The notes under the pieces are model-generated. The model searched no databases, was not told the origin of the DNA, and saw only the letters and a program-made list of their open reading frames with translations. A stretch of 64,000 bases of DNA from Candidatus Methanomethylophilaceae archaeon (lineage in GTDB: Archaea; Thermoplasmatota; Thermoplasmata; Methanomassiliicoccales; Methanomethylophilaceae). How positions within the stretch are numbered: position 1 is the stretch's first letter; every line of letters begins with the position of its first letter. Positions 27,148 through 37,009 of the stretch are shown here, piece after piece. The stretch covers positions 18,286-82,285 of the forward strand of contig CALUOK010000005.1 of assembly GCA_944322255.1 (NCBI GenBank), in the 5' to 3' direction. The translations under genes and the position numbers were made by a program.

Positions 27148-27954
27148 TCATCTGAAGTAGATCTCCGGACGCCTCTTGTCCAGGAAGCACACGTCCCTCA
27201 TCGACTCGTATCCCTCGGCCCTTATCCGCTCCAGCGGCTCGGGGTCGAGGTCCACGGTCAGCATGCACTCCCCGGAGAAGTCCTCGGCCATCTTCCTTCC
27301 GCGGACGTCGTACACCGCCGCACCGCCGCCGAAGCTCACCCCGCGGCCGTTGTCCCCGAACTGGTTGCATACGGCCGCGTACACGGTGTTGTCGTAGGCC
27401 CTCGCCGGGATCACCCGGTCCCAGGCCGAGCGCCTGCGCTCCCCTCCGAGCCCGGAGGCTGACGGCATCAGGATCATGTCGGCGCCCTTGAGCGCATATG
27501 TGCCAGCAATCTCCGGGAAGTGTATCTCCCAGCAGACCTGCAGTCCGATGACCGCCTTGGAGGTGCGGATCACGTCCAGTCTGTCGCCCGGCACGATGGC
27601 CTCGGACTCCCGTTCGCCGAGGTGCGTCTTGTGGTAAGTGCCCAGGATACGTCCGTCCTCCACCACCGTCTGCGCTATCCTTGGACCTTCGTCGACGTAG
27701 CCGAAGCAGATACACATTCCGGTCTCCGCGGACTTGTCGACGACCGCGCCGACCTCCGGTCCGTCCGGGGACATCACCATGTCGGAGCTCCCGGGCATGG
27801 AGTACCCTGGGATGCACAGTTCCGGGAAGCAGATGATGTCTGACCCCCTCTCGGACGCCTCGTCGCACAGTGCCAGCATCTTGGACAGGTTGCCGTCCAC
27901 GTCCCCCAGGACGGAGTTCATGGACACCATCGTGAGCCGCAGGTCGTCCATCAT
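27148..27954 (-). CDS. Carbon-nitrogen hydrolase (nitrilase superfamily)
   Basis: 268 aa. Glu-Lys-Cys triad context: [17 protein letters not shown] and [11 protein letters not shown]. Confidence 0.85.
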   Translation of the reverse strand: MMDDLRLTMVSMNSVLGDVDGNLSKMLALCDEASERGSDIICFPELCIPGYSMPGSSDMVMSPDGPEVGAVVDKSAETGMCICFGYVDEGPRIAQTVVEDGRILGTYHKTHLGERESEAIVPGDRLDVIRTSKAVIGLQVCWEIHFPEIAGTYALKGADMILMPSASGLGGERRRSAWDRVIPARAYDNTVYAAVCNQFGDNGRGVSFGGGAAVYDVRGRKMAEDFSGECMLTVDLDPEPLERIRAEGYESMRDVCFLDKRRPEIYFR

Positions 27955-28511
27955 ACCGCCCTTATGTCCCTGGCGGGGACCCCTACGTAAGTCGCTCCCG
28001 CGGGCACGTCCTTAGTGACGACGGCCCCGGCACCGACTATGGCTCCCTCCCCTATGGTCACGCCGGGGAGGATGACCGCCCCGGCGCCGATCCACACGTC
28101 GTCGCATATGGTGATCCTCTCGGCACGGGTGGCGGTGTGCCTCCTGAGCTCCGGCGCGAAGTTGTGGCCGGGGGTGGCGATGCAGACCTTCGGAGCGATG
28201 AGCACGTTGTCGCCGATGACGACCTCCGCGCTGTCCAGGATCACACAGTCGAAGTTGATGCGCACATGCCGGCCCAGGGTGATGTTGGTCCCGATGTCGC
28301 ACCAGAATGTGGGTGCGACAGTAGTCTCCGGGTCCAGCTCCTGACCGAACAGCTCCTCGAGGATCGCCTTCCTCTCGCTCCACGGTGTGCAGGGCACGTT
28401 GAACCTCTCGCACAGCGAATGGGCACGGTCCATCGCCGACAGGAACACGTCGAGGTCGTCGTCCAGCTCGCTGGTCATGATCCCGCGGCGTGCGCGCTCC
28501 ATGAAATCCAT
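27951..28511 (-). CDS. Maltose/galactoside O-acetyltransferase family (left-handed beta-helix)
   Basis: Hexapeptide repeats ([36 protein letters not shown]). Start set to ATG 28511 for a Maa-like length; ATG 28547 and 28502 are possible. The stop overlaps the nitrilase start. Confidence 0.8.
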   Translation of the reverse strand: MDFMERARRGIMTSELDDDLDVFLSAMDRAHSLCERFNVPCTPWSERKAILEELFGQELDPETTVAPTFWCDIGTNITLGRHVRINFDCVILDSAEVVIGDNVLIAPKVCIATPGHNFAPELRRHTATRAERITICDDVWIGAGAVILPGVTIGEGAIVGAGAVVTKDVPAGATYVGVPARDIRAV

Positions 28512-28595
28512 GCTTCGGTGAATGCCTCGGTAGTAGAAAAGCCCCATCCAGAAGGATGGGTAAGGTGGGCCGGGTGGCCCGTTTCATGAATCGTC

Positions 28596-30137
28596 TCACT
28601 GGGAGCCTTCCTCGATCCTCTTCTTGACGGCCTCGAGCTCCTCGTCCTCCGGGGGCTTCTGGGCCTTGAAGATGATTCCGACGATGACCAGCACCAGGAT
28701 GATGCATCCTCCGGCGAGGAACGAGAAGTCCACGCTGTTGCTGAACGCCACCAGGATCTCCGGTGCGTACTGCGGGAACGTGACGATGGCCTCCAGGATC
28801 CCGGTGTCGTGGGGGATCACGTTGAAGACCTCGTCAGGGATGGTTCCCTGGACCTCTCCCGCGATGCGTCCGTTGATGATCATGGTGAAGATCGCGGTAC
28901 CCATGGTGGTTCCGATGGACCTGATCAGGTTGACGGAGGATGTTGTCATTCCCATCTCGGTGGGCTTGGAGCTGTTCTGCACGGCGGACATGACGACGGA
29001 CATCATGCATCCGAGACCGAGACCGAGCACGAAGGTTCCGGTCAGGTACCTCATCATGAACGTGTCCTGGATGTGTTCGGAGCCCTGGTAGACCATGTCG
29101 GTGGTGAGCTGCATGCCGGACAGGTAGAACAGTCCGAGGAAGCACAGGATGGGTCCGACGATGAGCCAGACCTTGTACCCGGTCCTCTCGACGAGGGCTC
29201 CGGAGGAGATGGATGTGATCATCATTCCGACGACCATGGCCAGGGACCAGATTCCGGCCTGCAGGGTGGTGAGGCCGAACACACCGACGGCCAGCATGTT
29301 GGTGAACATCATGGCGCCGATCATACCGATTCCGAAGATGGCCATGAACACAGCCGCCATGACGACGGTCTTGTTGTGGATCAGATGCGGAGCGAGGATG
29401 GGGTCGATGGCCTTGTGCTCGATCCTGATGAACACGACGGCCAGGATGATAGCGATGGCGATCATCGCGATGGACTGGGCGCTGACCCACTCGAACTCCT
29501 TGCCGCCGAACTCGATCAGGAGCAGGACGTCCAGGAGCAGCAGGGACAGGAACGCGATTCCCTTGACGTCGATGTGCTTCTCCCCGTCGCTGATGGGCGT
29601 GGGGAACTTCTTGATGGTGAGGATGAGCGCGATGAGCGCCAGGGGGATGTTGATGTAGAAGCACCAGTGCCAGCTGAGGGCACCCTCGATGTATCCCCCT
29701 ATGAGGGGTCCGATACCGCTTCCGACTCCGAAGATGGCTCCGAGGATTCCCTGCATCCTGGCCCTCTCGCGGGGGGAGTACAGGTCCGCGACCGCGGCGG
29801 TGGCGACGGGGATCAGGATACCTCCGCCGAATCCCTGCATGGCACGGCAGGCGATGAACACCTCCATGCTCTGGGACAGTCCGGCGAGGACGGAACCGAC
29901 GGCGAAGAGCCCAAGACCGATGAGGAACAGGGGCTTCCTGCCGTAGATGTCGGAGAGCTTTCCCGCGATGGGGATCATTATCGTCTCGCACAGAAGGTAC
30001 GCGGTGGTCATCCACGCGTACAGGCTGAGGCCACCCAGGTCCTCGGCCAGTTTGGTTCCGATGGTACCGACGATCGTACCGTCGAAACAGGCCCCGAGCA
30101 TGGCTACGCACAGACCGATCATGATGGTGTTGCGCAC
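28596..30137 (-). CDS. MFS transporter, DHA2 (EmrB/QacA-like, 14-TM) family
   Basis: 513 aa. GKLSDIYGRKPLFLIGL and the overall 14-helix pattern. GTG start at 30137, with no in-frame ATG/GTG/TTG further upstream before the stop. Confidence 0.85.
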   Translation of the reverse strand: MRNTIMIGLCVAMLGACFDGTIVGTIGTKLAEDLGGLSLYAWMTTAYLLCETIMIPIAGKLSDIYGRKPLFLIGLGLFAVGSVLAGLSQSMEVFIACRAMQGFGGGILIPVATAAVADLYSPRERARMQGILGAIFGVGSGIGPLIGGYIEGALSWHWCFYINIPLALIALILTIKKFPTPISDGEKHIDVKGIAFLSLLLLDVLLLIEFGGKEFEWVSAQSIAMIAIAIILAVVFIRIEHKAIDPILAPHLIHNKTVVMAAVFMAIFGIGMIGAMMFTNMLAVGVFGLTTLQAGIWSLAMVVGMMITSISSGALVERTGYKVWLIVGPILCFLGLFYLSGMQLTTDMVYQGSEHIQDTFMMRYLTGTFVLGLGLGCMMSVVMSAVQNSSKPTEMGMTTSSVNLIRSIGTTMGTAIFTMIINGRIAGEVQGTIPDEVFNVIPHDTGILEAIVTFPQYAPEILVAFSNSVDFSFLAGGCIILVLVIVGIIFKAQKPPEDEELEAVKKRIEEGSQ

Positions 30138-30365
30138 CTTGGGGTCGATGTTCTTGTATGTGATTTGTTCGGCTGCTATGGGAACCCCTCCCAGGATTCT
30201 TGACAGAAATACCCTTGAGCAAGATGTTGTATAAGTAGATTTGGAATTGGGGAAACAACTATCGGAAGCGCTGTTTGAACACGCTCAACACTAAAATCGC
30301 TCGGATTTCGATATATAGTTTATAAATAAAATGTTTGTAACCCATCGATTGACGGAATCTGAGGA

Positions 30366-30383
30366 TAGTTGGATGTCCAACTA
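30366..30383. promoter_or_regulatory. 18-bp palindrome TAGTTGGA-TG-TCCAACTA between marR and the MFS gene
   Basis: Perfect 8-bp arms, 8 nt beyond the marR stop codon and upstream of the MFS gene. It is either a candidate MarR operator or the marR terminator stem. Confidence 0.35.
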
Positions 30384-30390
30384 ACGCCAC

Positions 30391-30846
30391 TCAACCCTTG
30401 GAAAGGTCCTCCATGATCTGGTTGGCCCTGTCGTTGAGCTTCCTCATTATGATCCCCAGGGTGTCCTTCTCCTCCTCCGTGAGCACGTCGAAGAGGTTCC
30501 GGTCCAGGAGCTCGAACATCATCCTGCTCATGGCGTAGATGTCGCGCCCCTGGTCCGTGAGGTGGAGACTGTGAACCTTGCCGGTGCTGTCGTTGTAGAC
30601 CAGCCCCAGCTCCGTCATGTCACGGACCATGGTGGAGATGTAGGACTTGTCGAAGGGGACCTCGTCTATGAGCTCCTTCTGGGAGATGCCCTCGCGCCTG
30701 CCGATGTGGAATATCAGGATCAGGTACGGAGGCTTGATGCGGGTGTCCCTCAGGTACTTGTCCGCGTACCCCCTCATGCAGAGGTTCATCTTCTTGGGGA
30801 ACCCCACAACCAGCCTGATCGCATCGTCGCCTCTCTCCTCGCGCAT
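30391..30846 (-). CDS. MarR family transcriptional regulator
   Basis: 151 aa. wHTH core ISQKELIDEVPFDKSYISTMVRDMTELGLV. Confidence 0.85.
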   Translation of the reverse strand: MREERGDDAIRLVVGFPKKMNLCMRGYADKYLRDTRIKPPYLILIFHIGRREGISQKELIDEVPFDKSYISTMVRDMTELGLVYNDSTGKVHSLHLTDQGRDIYAMSRMMFELLDRNLFDVLTEEEKDTLGIIMRKLNDRANQIMEDLSKG

Positions 30847-30857
30847 CCGACCTCACC

Positions 30858-32225
30858 TCATATGGTATAGATCCCGAAGTATGAAAGCAATCCCGACACG
30901 AGGATCAGCGCCATGAACACCGGACAGACCACCATGATCAGCGCGTTGTAGATCGGCTTCATCCTGAACCTGCCGGACAGCTCGATCTCGTCCACCACGA
31001 ACTTGGTCTTCACGATGTATCCGATGATGATGCAGGTGAGGATCGCCACGATGGGCATCAGCACGGAGTTGGTGATGAAGTCGAAGAACTCCAGGAATCC
31101 CATGCCGATTATCTTCACGTCCGCCAGCGGGCCGAAGCTCAGGCAGGACAGTATGCCCAGGGCCAGGATCAGGGCCAGACACGCCACGCATGCGGTCGAG
31201 CGCCGCCAGCGCCACCGGTCCTTGAAGATCGACACGGCGGTCTCGGCCAGTGATATGGACGACGTCCACGCGGCGAACATCGCCAGCAGGAAGAACACGG
31301 CGCCGACGATGTGGCCGGCGGGCATGGATTCGAACACAAGGGGCATGGTCTCGAACATGAGGCCGAACCCGCTGGACAGCCCGGGGCCGATGAACACGAC
31401 GACGGCGGGGACGATCATCAGACCGGACAGGAAGGCGACGCAGGTGTCCATCAGGCAGATGGTGTACGCGGACTTCTCGATGTCCACGTTCTTCCTCATG
31501 TAGGACCCGTACGTGATCATGATGCCCATCGCCAGGGACAGGGAGTAGAACAGCTGGCCCATGGCGCCCAGCACGGTCTTCATGGAGAAGTCGCCGAAGT
31601 CGGGGACCAGATAGTACTTCAGACCGTCGGCGATGCCGTCCACGGTGAGCATGTACAGGCATATGCCCACCAGGAGCACCAGCAGAGCCGGGAGGAGGAT
31701 CTTGCTCATCCTCTCGACGCCCTTCTGGACGCCGAAGGCGACGACGGCCACGGAGAGGATCGCGTAGATGACGAACCAGATGACGGGGCTGTCGAAGAGC
31801 CCGGGCAGGGCGGCGGAGGTGAAGTCGCCGAAGAACGACCCGTTGGCCAGGGTCGAGCCCATGCCGGACATGTACTCGACGCAGTACTTGGTCACCCATC
31901 CGCCTATCACGCAGTAGTAGGGGACGATGATCAGCGGGATTATGGCGATGATCCATCCGATGATCTTGTACTTCTCGCCGAGGTCCAGGAAGGCGTCGAT
32001 GCACGACTTGCCGGTGCGCCTGCCTATGGCGATCTCGGTTATCATCAGAGCCACACCGAACGTGACCACCAGTACGAGATAGGTTACCAGAAACGCCCCG
32101 CCGCCGTACTGCTCGGCGAGGTATGGGAAGCGCCACAGGTTCCCGAGGCCCACCGCCGAACCGGCGGCGGCCAGGATGAAACCCAGCCTGCCCGAGAAGC
32201 TGCCGCGCGACGCAGCATGCTCCAT
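30858..32225 (-). CDS. Neurotransmitter:sodium symporter (NSS/SNF) family transporter, paralogue 1
   Basis: GLGNLWRFPYLAEQYGGGAFL signature. Start set to ATG 32225 (MEHAASRGSF); the track starts at TTG 32237. Confidence 0.9.
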   Translation of the reverse strand: MEHAASRGSFSGRLGFILAAAGSAVGLGNLWRFPYLAEQYGGGAFLVTYLVLVVTFGVALMITEIAIGRRTGKSCIDAFLDLGEKYKIIGWIIAIIPLIIVPYYCVIGGWVTKYCVEYMSGMGSTLANGSFFGDFTSAALPGLFDSPVIWFVIYAILSVAVVAFGVQKGVERMSKILLPALLVLLVGICLYMLTVDGIADGLKYYLVPDFGDFSMKTVLGAMGQLFYSLSLAMGIMITYGSYMRKNVDIEKSAYTICLMDTCVAFLSGLMIVPAVVVFIGPGLSSGFGLMFETMPLVFESMPAGHIVGAVFFLLAMFAAWTSSISLAETAVSIFKDRWRWRRSTACVACLALILALGILSCLSFGPLADVKIIGMGFLEFFDFITNSVLMPIVAILTCIIIGYIVKTKFVVDEIELSGRFRMKPIYNALIMVVCPVFMALILVSGLLSYFGIYTI

Positions 32226-32278
32226 GCGCCTTGCCAATCCCTCTGGTTATATATGGGTTGCCACGGCGCCGGAACTGG

Positions 32279-33652
32279 TCAGATGGTGTACACGCCGAGG
32301 CCGCCCAGGATGCCGACCACCAGGATGACCACCAGGATGACGGGGCAGACGTACTTCACCATGACCGAGTAGAAGTTCTTGATCCTGAACTCGCACCCGG
32401 ACGACTCCACCTCCTCTATGACGTACCTGGTCTTGACGATGTATCCGACCATCAGACAGGTGGCCAGGGCCACTATGGGCATCATGACGGAGTTGGTGAT
32501 GAAGTCGAAGAACTCCAGGAACGACATGCCGAAGAACGACACCATCTCCAGCGGCCCGAAGCCCAGGCAGGACAGCAGTCCGAGGACTATGATGCCGGCG
32601 GACACGATGAGGCACGCGCGGATACGGGTCATGTGCCAGTGGTCCCTCAGGACCGCCACCACCGCCTCCATCAGGGCTATGGACGAGGTCAGGGCGGCGA
32701 ACATGGCCAGCAGGAAGAACGCTATGCCCACGTACTCCCCACCGGGCATGGTGTTGAACACCTCGGGCATGGTCGTGAACAGGAGGCCGAAGCCGCTGCT
32801 CATCTCGGTGCTGCTGGAGAACAGGACGAAGGCGGGCACGATCATCAGACCGGACAGGAAGGCCACGGTGGTGTCGGTGAGGGCGACGGTGTACGCGGAC
32901 TTCTCGATGTTGTCCTGCTTGCGCATGTAGGACCCGTACGCTATGGTTATGCCCATGGCGATGGACAGCGAGTAGAACAGCTGGCTCACCGCTCCAGCGA
33001 CCGTCGAGAACGACAGCTTGTCGAAGTCGGGGACCAGGTAGTACTTCAGTCCCTCGGAGATGCCGTCGATGGTCATCATGTAGACGCAGATGGCGATCAG
33101 CAGGACGAACAGGGCGGGCATGAGGATCTTGCTCATCCTCTCGATGCCCTTCTCCACGCCGAACACCACGACGATGATGGTGAGGAACGCGTAGATCAGG
33201 AACCAGGGCAGGGGATTGTCGAACAGGCCCCCGAGGTCCATGGAGATAAAGCCGTCGAAGAATCCGGAGCCGGCGAGGTCGGAGCCCGCGCCCACGGCGT
33301 AGTCGGCGAAGTACTTAGTGACCCATCCGCCGATGACGCAGTAGTACGGGACGATGATCATCGGGACCAGCATTGCGATCCAACCGATGATCGGGTACCT
33401 GTCGCACAGCTCCATCAGCGCGTCGAAGCACGACTTGCCGGTGCGCCTTCCTATGGCGAGCTCGGTGATGAGCATGGCCACACCGAAGGTGACCACGAGT
33501 ATCAGGTAGACGAGCAGGAAGATCCCGCCGCCGTATTGCTCGGCCAGATAGGGGAAGCGCCACAGGTTCCCGAGACCGACGGCGGCGCCGGCGGTGGCCA
33601 GGAGGAATCCCAGCTTACCCGAGAAACCGCCGCGCTTTTCGACAGTCTCCAT
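32279..33652 (-). CDS. Neurotransmitter:sodium symporter (NSS/SNF) family transporter, paralogue 2
   Basis: GLGNLWRFPYLAEQYGGGIFL signature. Start set to ATG 33652 (METVEKRGGF); the track starts at GTG 33661. Confidence 0.9.
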   Translation of the reverse strand: METVEKRGGFSGKLGFLLATAGAAVGLGNLWRFPYLAEQYGGGIFLLVYLILVVTFGVAMLITELAIGRRTGKSCFDALMELCDRYPIIGWIAMLVPMIIVPYYCVIGGWVTKYFADYAVGAGSDLAGSGFFDGFISMDLGGLFDNPLPWFLIYAFLTIIVVVFGVEKGIERMSKILMPALFVLLIAICVYMMTIDGISEGLKYYLVPDFDKLSFSTVAGAVSQLFYSLSIAMGITIAYGSYMRKQDNIEKSAYTVALTDTTVAFLSGLMIVPAFVLFSSSTEMSSGFGLLFTTMPEVFNTMPGGEYVGIAFFLLAMFAALTSSIALMEAVVAVLRDHWHMTRIRACLIVSAGIIVLGLLSCLGFGPLEMVSFFGMSFLEFFDFITNSVMMPIVALATCLMVGYIVKTRYVIEEVESSGCEFRIKNFYSVMVKYVCPVILVVILVVGILGGLGVYTI

Positions 33653-33810
33653 GGAAGGCACGACGCGTCACGGGATATAAGCAATTTTGCGATGGGGCGG
33701 ACCGTCCAGCATCCCGGCCGTCGGCTGAACAAACGTCTACAGGCACGTTCCATCACTAAACAAGGTATAAATCGGATGGCAGGGTACGCACCCTCCATAG
33801 GTGAGAAACC

Positions 33811-34797
33811 ATGCAGCTTTACCACGATAAAGATGCGGATCTGAAGATCTTCGATGGAAAGAAAGTCGCCGTCCTGGGATACGGTTCCCAGGGAAGGGCC
33901 CAGGCTCTCTGCTTCCACGACTCGGGCATCGACGTCACCGTCGGAGCCAGGAAGGACGGGAAGTCCTGGAACAAGGCCAAGGAGGACGGACTGAAGGTCG
34001 CCGAGTTCGCCGACGCCGTCAAGGACGCCGATGTCGTCCTCATGCTCCTGCCCGACGAGATCCAGCCCGACATCTACAAGCAGTACGTCGAGCCCAACCT
34101 CAAGAAGGGCGCCGCCCTCGAGTTCGCCCACGGGTTCGCCATCACCTACAAGCTCATCCAGCCCCCCGCGGACGTGGACGTCATCATGATGGCCCCCAAG
34201 GCCCCGGGAGACATGGAGAGGATCGTGTTCACCGAGGGATTCGGAGTCCCCGCCCTCATCTGCATCTACCAGGACGTCACCGGCAACGCCAAGGACATCG
34301 CCCTCGGCCTCGCCAAGGGTCTGGGATCCACCCGCGCCGGCGTCTTCGAGACCACCTTCGACAACGAGACCTACACCGACCTCTTCGGCGAGCAGGCCGT
34401 CCTCTGCGGAGGACTCACCGCCCTGATCAGGCAGGGATTCAAGACCCTGACCGACGCCGGATACCCTCCGGAGATGGCCTACTTCGAGGTCCTCCACGAG
34501 ACCAAGCTCATCGACGACCTCATCATCAAGGGCGGATTCGAGCTCATGTGGAACGTCGTCTCCAACACCGCCGAGTACGGCGGAATGACCAGGAGGGACA
34601 GGGTCATCACCGAGCAGTCCGCCGAGGGCATGAAATCCATCCTCGAGGAGATCGAGAACGGCAAGTTCAAGGACGAGTGGAGGGCCGAGTGGGCCGCCGG
34701 ACTCGTCAACCTCAAGAAGATGGAAGAGGACGAGAAGAAGCTGCAGCTCGAGATCACCGGAAAGGAGATCCGCCAGCTCTTCGAGAGGAAGAACTGA
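33811..34797 (+). CDS. ilvC: Ketol-acid reductoisomerase (class I)
   Basis: 328 aa. VAVLGYGSQGRAQA NADPH fold, plus LFGEQAVLCGG and the EYGG motif. GGTGA box upstream of the ATG. Confidence 0.95.
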   Translation: MQLYHDKDADLKIFDGKKVAVLGYGSQGRAQALCFHDSGIDVTVGARKDGKSWNKAKEDGLKVAEFADAVKDADVVLMLLPDEIQPDIYKQYVEPNLKKGAALEFAHGFAITYKLIQPPADVDVIMMAPKAPGDMERIVFTEGFGVPALICIYQDVTGNAKDIALGLAKGLGSTRAGVFETTFDNETYTDLFGEQAVLCGGLTALIRQGFKTLTDAGYPPEMAYFEVLHETKLIDDLIIKGGFELMWNVVSNTAEYGGMTRRDRVITEQSAEGMKSILEEIENGKFKDEWRAEWAAGLVNLKKMEEDEKKLQLEITGKEIRQLFERKN

Positions 34798-34820
34798 AAC
34801 CCTGCGGGCCGGGTGGCGGA

Positions 34821-35201
34821 ATGAGCGAGATGACTGTCAGGACCAGGAACGGGGACTTCCCCGCGGAGCTCGACGACTCGGACATCTCCAACGCCATCTG
34901 GCTCTCGCTCCCGCTCAGCATGGACCTCAACATGCTGGGCGGGATGATCTACTGCGAATGCCCCCTGGAGGCCATACTCCCCAAGGAGAACCGCACGACC
35001 ACCCTCGAGGTGGGCGACATAGCGTACTGGCCGGGGCCCGGGGCGTTCTGCGTATTCTACGGCCCCACGCCCCTGAGCGGCGAGGACGGCAAACCCGTCG
35101 CGCCCTATCCCGTGATTAAGATCGGGAGGATGAAGGGGGACTGCTCCGGACTGGAGCACGCCGGCGACAGGCAGAAGCTCACGCTGCTGCCGCCGTTCTG
35201 A
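34821..35201 (+). CDS. Cyclophilin-like fold protein (TM1367/Cyclophil_like family)
   Basis: Start at ATG 34821 inside track ORF 34548..35201. VGDIAYWPGPGAFCVFYGPTP matches the family hallmark. Confidence 0.7.
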   Translation: MSEMTVRTRNGDFPAELDDSDISNAIWLSLPLSMDLNMLGGMIYCECPLEAILPKENRTTTLEVGDIAYWPGPGAFCVFYGPTPLSGEDGKPVAPYPVIKIGRMKGDCSGLEHAGDRQKLTLLPPF

Positions 35202-35218
35202 CCCCCGGGATCCCGACG

Positions 35219-35395
35219 TCACTCCGTCAGAGGCTTCCCGGACTCGTTCAGCAGGGGCGTTATGCCGCCGCCGTTCGGGCTCTGGACGATGAGGTAGCAC
35301 ACACCTGTCTCGGTGTCCCTGATGACCGTCCTCCACCCTCCGGGCGTGGCCAACCCGCCCTCCTCCAGGACGACCTCGAACCTGTTTCCCGTCAT
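35219..35395 (-). CDS. Small 58-aa protein, DUF6440-like (absent from the ORF track)
   Basis: Hand translation gives MTGNRFEVVLEEGGLATPGGWRTVIRDTETGVCYLIVQSPNGGGITPLLNESGKPLTE. The D-x-ETGV-x-YL ... GG-x-TPLL ... GKP pattern resembles a family of short bacterial proteins. Starts 9 nt after the upstream gene's stop. Confidence 0.6.
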   Translation of the reverse strand: MTGNRFEVVLEEGGLATPGGWRTVIRDTETGVCYLIVQSPNGGGITPLLNESGKPLTE

Positions 35396-35404
35396 GACAC
35401 CGCC

Positions 35405-36820
35405 TCACGCGTGCCTTATCCCGGTGTGGCCGGCGATCTCGTCGCTCACGGTGCACAGGTCGTCCAGGGAAAGTTCGTCTAGGCTCCTGTGGCCGGTGAC
35501 CCTCAGGAAAGACCTTATCTCGTTCGCCAGGGCGTTCAGGTAGTTGCCCACGCGCCTGGACCCCGCGTCCACGTCGAGGCGAGACTCCAGCTCGGGATCC
35601 TGCGTGGCTATGCCCATGGGGCACATGCCTGTGTTGCAGATCCTGTACCTCTGGCATCCCAGGGCCATGAGCGCGGCGGAGGATATCGCCACGGCGTCGG
35701 CCCCCATGGCCAGCGCCTTCACGCAGTCGCCGCTGGTGCGGAACCCTCCGGTGATGACCAGATCCTGCTCCATGCCGTGCTCGTCCATGTACCTCCTTGC
35801 CCTGGACAGCGCGTACACCGTCGGGACGGATGAGGCGTCCTTCAAGAACTTCGGCGACGACCCCGTCGCACCGCCCCTGCCGTCGATGGTGATGAAGTCG
35901 CATCCCGAGTGCGATATGAACTCCAGGTCGTCCTCTATGCGGCCGGCGGCAATCTTCACGCCTATCGGGAGACCGCCGGACCTCTCGCGGAGCATGTCCA
36001 CCATCGCCCTCAGGTCCTCCGGCGTGTCGACCCCGGGGAACCTGGACGGGCTGAGGATGTCCTCCCCGCGGCGCTTGCCCCTCATGACGGCGATGACGTC
36101 CGTGACCTTCTCTCCCGGGAGGTGTCCTCCCATGCCGGGCTTGGTCCCCTGGCCGATCTTGATCTCTATGGCGCTGCAGTGCTCCAGCGTCATATCGTTG
36201 AAGCTGTACTGGTTGGGGATGTACTCGAAGACGTACCTGTGGGCAGCGACCATCTCGTCCCACAGGGCCCCTCCCTCCCCGCTGCACATGGCGGTCCCGG
36301 CCATGGCGCTGCCCCTGGACAGTGCGATCTTGGCCCTTCCGGAGAGGGCCCCGAAGCTCATGTGGCTGATGTACACCGGCATCTCCAGGTCCATGGGCCT
36401 CCTGGCGCCCTTGCCGATGACCGTGCGTATGTCCACGTCCGCGTCGGAATCGAGCGGCGGATGCGCCAGCTGACCTCCCAGGACCAGTATGTCGTCGAAG
36501 TTGGGGACGGGGACCGTCGTGTCCATGGCGCTGTCGACGCTCCTGCCGGTGAGGGCCATGGCGTGGATGTCGTCCATCACGCCCCCGTCGGACCTCTTCA
36601 GGTTCTGGGGGACGTCGATGTCGCCCTCCGGGACCGGGTCGATGTCCTCGGCCGGTGCCGAGGCGTCTGAAGACTGGGACTCGTCGTCCATCAGGCGGAA
36701 TGCGGATTTGGGGGAATGGCAGAGCGGGCAGACCCAGTCGTCCGGGAGGTCCTCGAACCTCACTCCCTCGTCTTCCTCGTCGTAAATCTCTCCGCACACG
36801 GAGCATCTGTAGCGTGCCAT
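35405..36820 (-). CDS. Rubredoxin domain fused to a glutamate synthase FMN-binding (GltB domain 2-like) domain
   Basis: 471 aa. N-terminal [11 protein letters not shown]...DDWVCPLC rubredoxin knuckles, then [19 protein letters not shown] and [11 protein letters not shown] motifs of the GltS FMN domain. ATTATAAT box 21-30 nt upstream. Confidence 0.85.
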   Translation of the reverse strand: MARYRCSVCGEIYDEEDEGVRFEDLPDDWVCPLCHSPKSAFRLMDDESQSSDASAPAEDIDPVPEGDIDVPQNLKRSDGGVMDDIHAMALTGRSVDSAMDTTVPVPNFDDILVLGGQLAHPPLDSDADVDIRTVIGKGARRPMDLEMPVYISHMSFGALSGRAKIALSRGSAMAGTAMCSGEGGALWDEMVAAHRYVFEYIPNQYSFNDMTLEHCSAIEIKIGQGTKPGMGGHLPGEKVTDVIAVMRGKRRGEDILSPSRFPGVDTPEDLRAMVDMLRERSGGLPIGVKIAAGRIEDDLEFISHSGCDFITIDGRGGATGSSPKFLKDASSVPTVYALSRARRYMDEHGMEQDLVITGGFRTSGDCVKALAMGADAVAISSAALMALGCQRYRICNTGMCPMGIATQDPELESRLDVDAGSRRVGNYLNALANEIRSFLRVTGHRSLDELSLDDLCTVSDEIAGHTGIRHA

Positions 36821-36931
36821 GACAGCAGGTACGACCTGGACTATTATAATCGTCTGGATGTCAGGGACCCAGAGCCGTTATGGGGACCACGTACACCCCG
36901 TCCTCACGACGGTACGCGTACCAAGCGACCA

Positions 36932-36977
36932 TCAACCCGAGAAATTCAAAGGTTTCAACCCGAGAAATTCAAAGATT
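36932..36977. repeat. Tandem direct repeat, two 23-nt units (TCAACCCGAGAAATTCAAAGRTT)
   Basis: The 20-nt cores at 36932-36951 and 36955-36974 are identical. They lie between the pmbA stop (37010) and the rubredoxin-GltS promoter. Confidence 0.8.
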
Positions 36978-37009
36978 GGTAGAAAGGAAGGAGTTTGTGG
37001 AGGTTTGAC

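Noticed and set aside
36932-36977. CRISPR array or other multi-copy repeat array
   Set aside because: Only two 23-nt units are present, with a 3-nt junction. There are no spacers and no cas genes anywhere in the window.
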